A stretch of 64,000 nucleotides of DNA. Origin: Chiloscyllium plagiosum (taxonomy: Eukaryota). The stretch is taken from assembly GCF_004010195.1 (NCBI RefSeq), contig NC_057754.1:646169-710168 (forward strand), written 5' to 3'. The position numbers and the translations under genes are program-made. The notes beneath the pieces are model-generated. The model saw nothing but the letters and a program-made list of their open reading frames with translations. It made no database searches and had not been told where the DNA came from. This document shows, piece by piece, positions 62,090-64,000 of this stretch. The stretch's first letter is position 1, and every line of letters begins with the position of its first letter.

Positions 62090-62838
62090 TAGGTCAGCAT
62101 GGATTGGATGACCCAAAGCTCTATTACTCTGCTGTTGGGTACAAGGCAGATACTGTCCAGACTATGGTAACAGCAGAGGAACCTCAATCATTAGAAAGGT
62201 TTAAAACTGATAAGGAGGAGGTATTGGATAAGCTGGTGCTGCTTAAAGTTATGAGGAACTAGGACCACATGAGATGCGGCAAAGGACATTGAAAGAAGTG
62301 AGAATGGAAATTGCAGGAGCACTGGCAATGATCAGCATTTACTTACCATTCACTTAAACTTTGGTCATGGACAAACCTCTAGAAATTAATTTTCGATAGT
62401 CACCTGTAAAAATGTGAGTTGATTCAGATGAGTCAGCATGGATTTGTATCTAAGATGGTGTCTAACTAATTTCCTGCGGATGTTTGAAGAGGTAACATAG
62501 AGAATTATGACACACATACACACACACCAGACCTGTGTCATGGAATAAAAGGGTCAGTAGGAAGATGGATGCAACATTGGCTAAAGGATCACTAACAGAG
62601 AGTAATGGTCAATGGCTATTTTTCAGGCTGAAGGAAGGTTTGTAGTGGTGTTACCTAGGGGTCAGTATTGTGACCTTTGGTTTTCCTGATAAATAGAAAT
62701 CATCTAGATCTTGCTGTGCAGAGGACAATTTCAGCGTTTGTGGATGAAGCATTGACAGACATAAGAAGAGCAATGTAAACATACAAAGGGACATAGAAAA
62801 GTTGTTGAGTAGGCAGAGAGATAGCAGATGAAGTTCAG
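62090..62838 (+). mobile_element. Decayed CR1 RT fragment interrupted by the LTR-like element at 62839
   Basis: SQHGF, gtaacatagagaatt, gggtcagtattg and atgaagttcag remnants. Confidence 0.55.
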
Positions 62839-63006
62839 TGTTATAGTGACCAGCCGAATCTTGTTGACTATGAGATCCTTGATTGGGGTTGTTAAACTGA
62901 GCCAATCAGGAAAGCCTTCGCTGACTGTTATAACAGGGAATTTACAAAGAAAAAAAATATATAATCAGGAAAAGAAAGAAAAGAAAAAAATATATAACCC
63001 GAGGAA

Positions 63007-63360
63007 TGTCCCTGGAAAAGGAGCGTGCAGTGTCGACCAACACCCTCGAAGCTTTTAGGAAGAATGGGCATCGCAGGGTGTGGAGTGTTTTATCTCCCCC
63101 TCCAACTCTATTTTGATTTAATCCCTGTCCTTCCCTTCACTTTTTTTGATCACGTAGCATTGCCCTTTGTCGAGACGGGCACTGCTTGTCATTGGCCACT
63201 CGGGTGTTTCCTTTCCTTCTGGTGGTGGAATATAAATAAAGATTTGCGCACTTGTTCCTCACTGTGTCCTACATCGGTACACATACGGCGTGGGTACTGG
63301 GGGAAAATAACCACTACTGCTGTTAGGCAGAAGTAAAGAGAAAAAAAGAAAAAATAAAAT
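63007..63360 (+). mobile_element. Tx1-like LINE 3' end, copy 1
   Basis: SLEKERAVSTNTLEAFR / WASQGVECFISPSNSILI* (one frameshift, TAA 63119-63121), 3'UTR and A-rich tail; clade call is from motif recall. Confidence 0.6.
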
Positions 63361-63661
63361 AAACAGGAGTGTCAGACATGCTGTTCATTCAGAGAGCTGG
63401 CTTTGAGGAACCTGGACCACTGTCAACTACTCTGAATGTGAAAATAAAGGGTGATTTGGCGACAGGAAAAAAAACCTATAACCATGGGATTTACAAAGAA
63501 AAAAATGTAACTAGGAAAATAAAAAAAAATGTAAAAATATAACCGGGGATTTACAAAGAAAATAACATATAAACAGGAGAAGAAAGAAAAGAGAAAAAAA
63601 ACATATATATATATATAGATATATACATACATACAGGGGATTTAGAATGTCCTCAGTTCTG

Positions 63662-63975
63662 GGACACCCTCGATGTTTTCAGGGAGAAGTGGGCACCGCG
63701 GGGAGTGGAGTGTTTTATTTCTCCCTCCAGCTGTATTTTGATTTAGTCCCTGCCCTCCCCTTCACCTTTAATCATGCAACATTGCCCTTTGTTGAGAAGG
63801 GCTCTGCCTGTCACTGGCCACTCTGGTGTTTCCATTCTTCCTGGTGGTGGAATATGAATACAGATTTCCTTACTCGTTTTTTCACTGTGTCCTACACTTA
63901 CACGACATAGGTGCTGGGAAAAATAAACACTGCCACTGTTTGGTGGTAGTGTGGGGATATATACATATATAAATA
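63662..63975 (+). mobile_element. Tx1-like LINE 3' end, copy 2
   Basis: DTLDVFREKWAPRGVECFISPSSCILI* (TAG 63744-63746); 3'UTR homologous to copy 1 but clearly diverged. Confidence 0.6.
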
Positions 63976-64000
63976 AAACCAGGAGATTTAGAATCTCAGT

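Larger units (their letters stand above)
62839..64000 (+). mobile_element. LTR-like element (CCAAT 62902-62906, TATA about 62929, aataaagggtga) carrying multiple nested insertions; runs off the window
   Basis: Starts with TG; homologous to the reverse complement of 17736-18178. Confidence 0.6.

Noticed and set aside
32200..62800. Promoter, CpG island or upstream 5'UTR exons of the gene
   Set aside because: No CpG island is visible, and candidate donor sites cannot be told from background without transcript data.

Overview
Eukaryotic vertebrate DNA, most likely a cartilaginous fish (shark). This is inferred from the repeat content: HE1-type SINEs, Deu-domain SINEs, shark-type CR1 LINEs and Penelope-like elements. 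The one protein-coding gene I can support is on the minus strand and encodes an ELM2-SANT HDAC1/2-corepressor scaffold of the TRERF1/MIDEAS(ELMSAN1)/ZNF541 family. I traced 12 coding exons by hand from the ATG at 31181 down to 2047. All have GT-AG boundaries and compatible phases (2409 nt, 803 codons), and two further tentative 3' exons would end the protein at about 826 aa. The N-terminus is TRERF1-type, but the protein is divergent, with a degenerate zinc finger and mixed TRERF1/MIDEAS/ZNF541 residues in ELM2-SANT. The rest is transposon debris and tandem repeats, and most ORFs in the supplied track are repeat artefacts. The most interesting non-genic signals are three. (1) Tx1-like LINE 3' ends and A-tails have inserted repeatedly at the TATA box of one LTR-like family, with the same pattern at two loci. 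(2) Palindromic elements carry minimal hammerhead-ribozyme-like cores whose helix III covaries between two families. (3) A 33-bp satellite appears to expand from inside Deu-domain SINEs. No promoter or upstream 5'UTR exon could be located. All family assignments come from recognising motifs by eye, not from database searches, and repeat boundaries are approximate.
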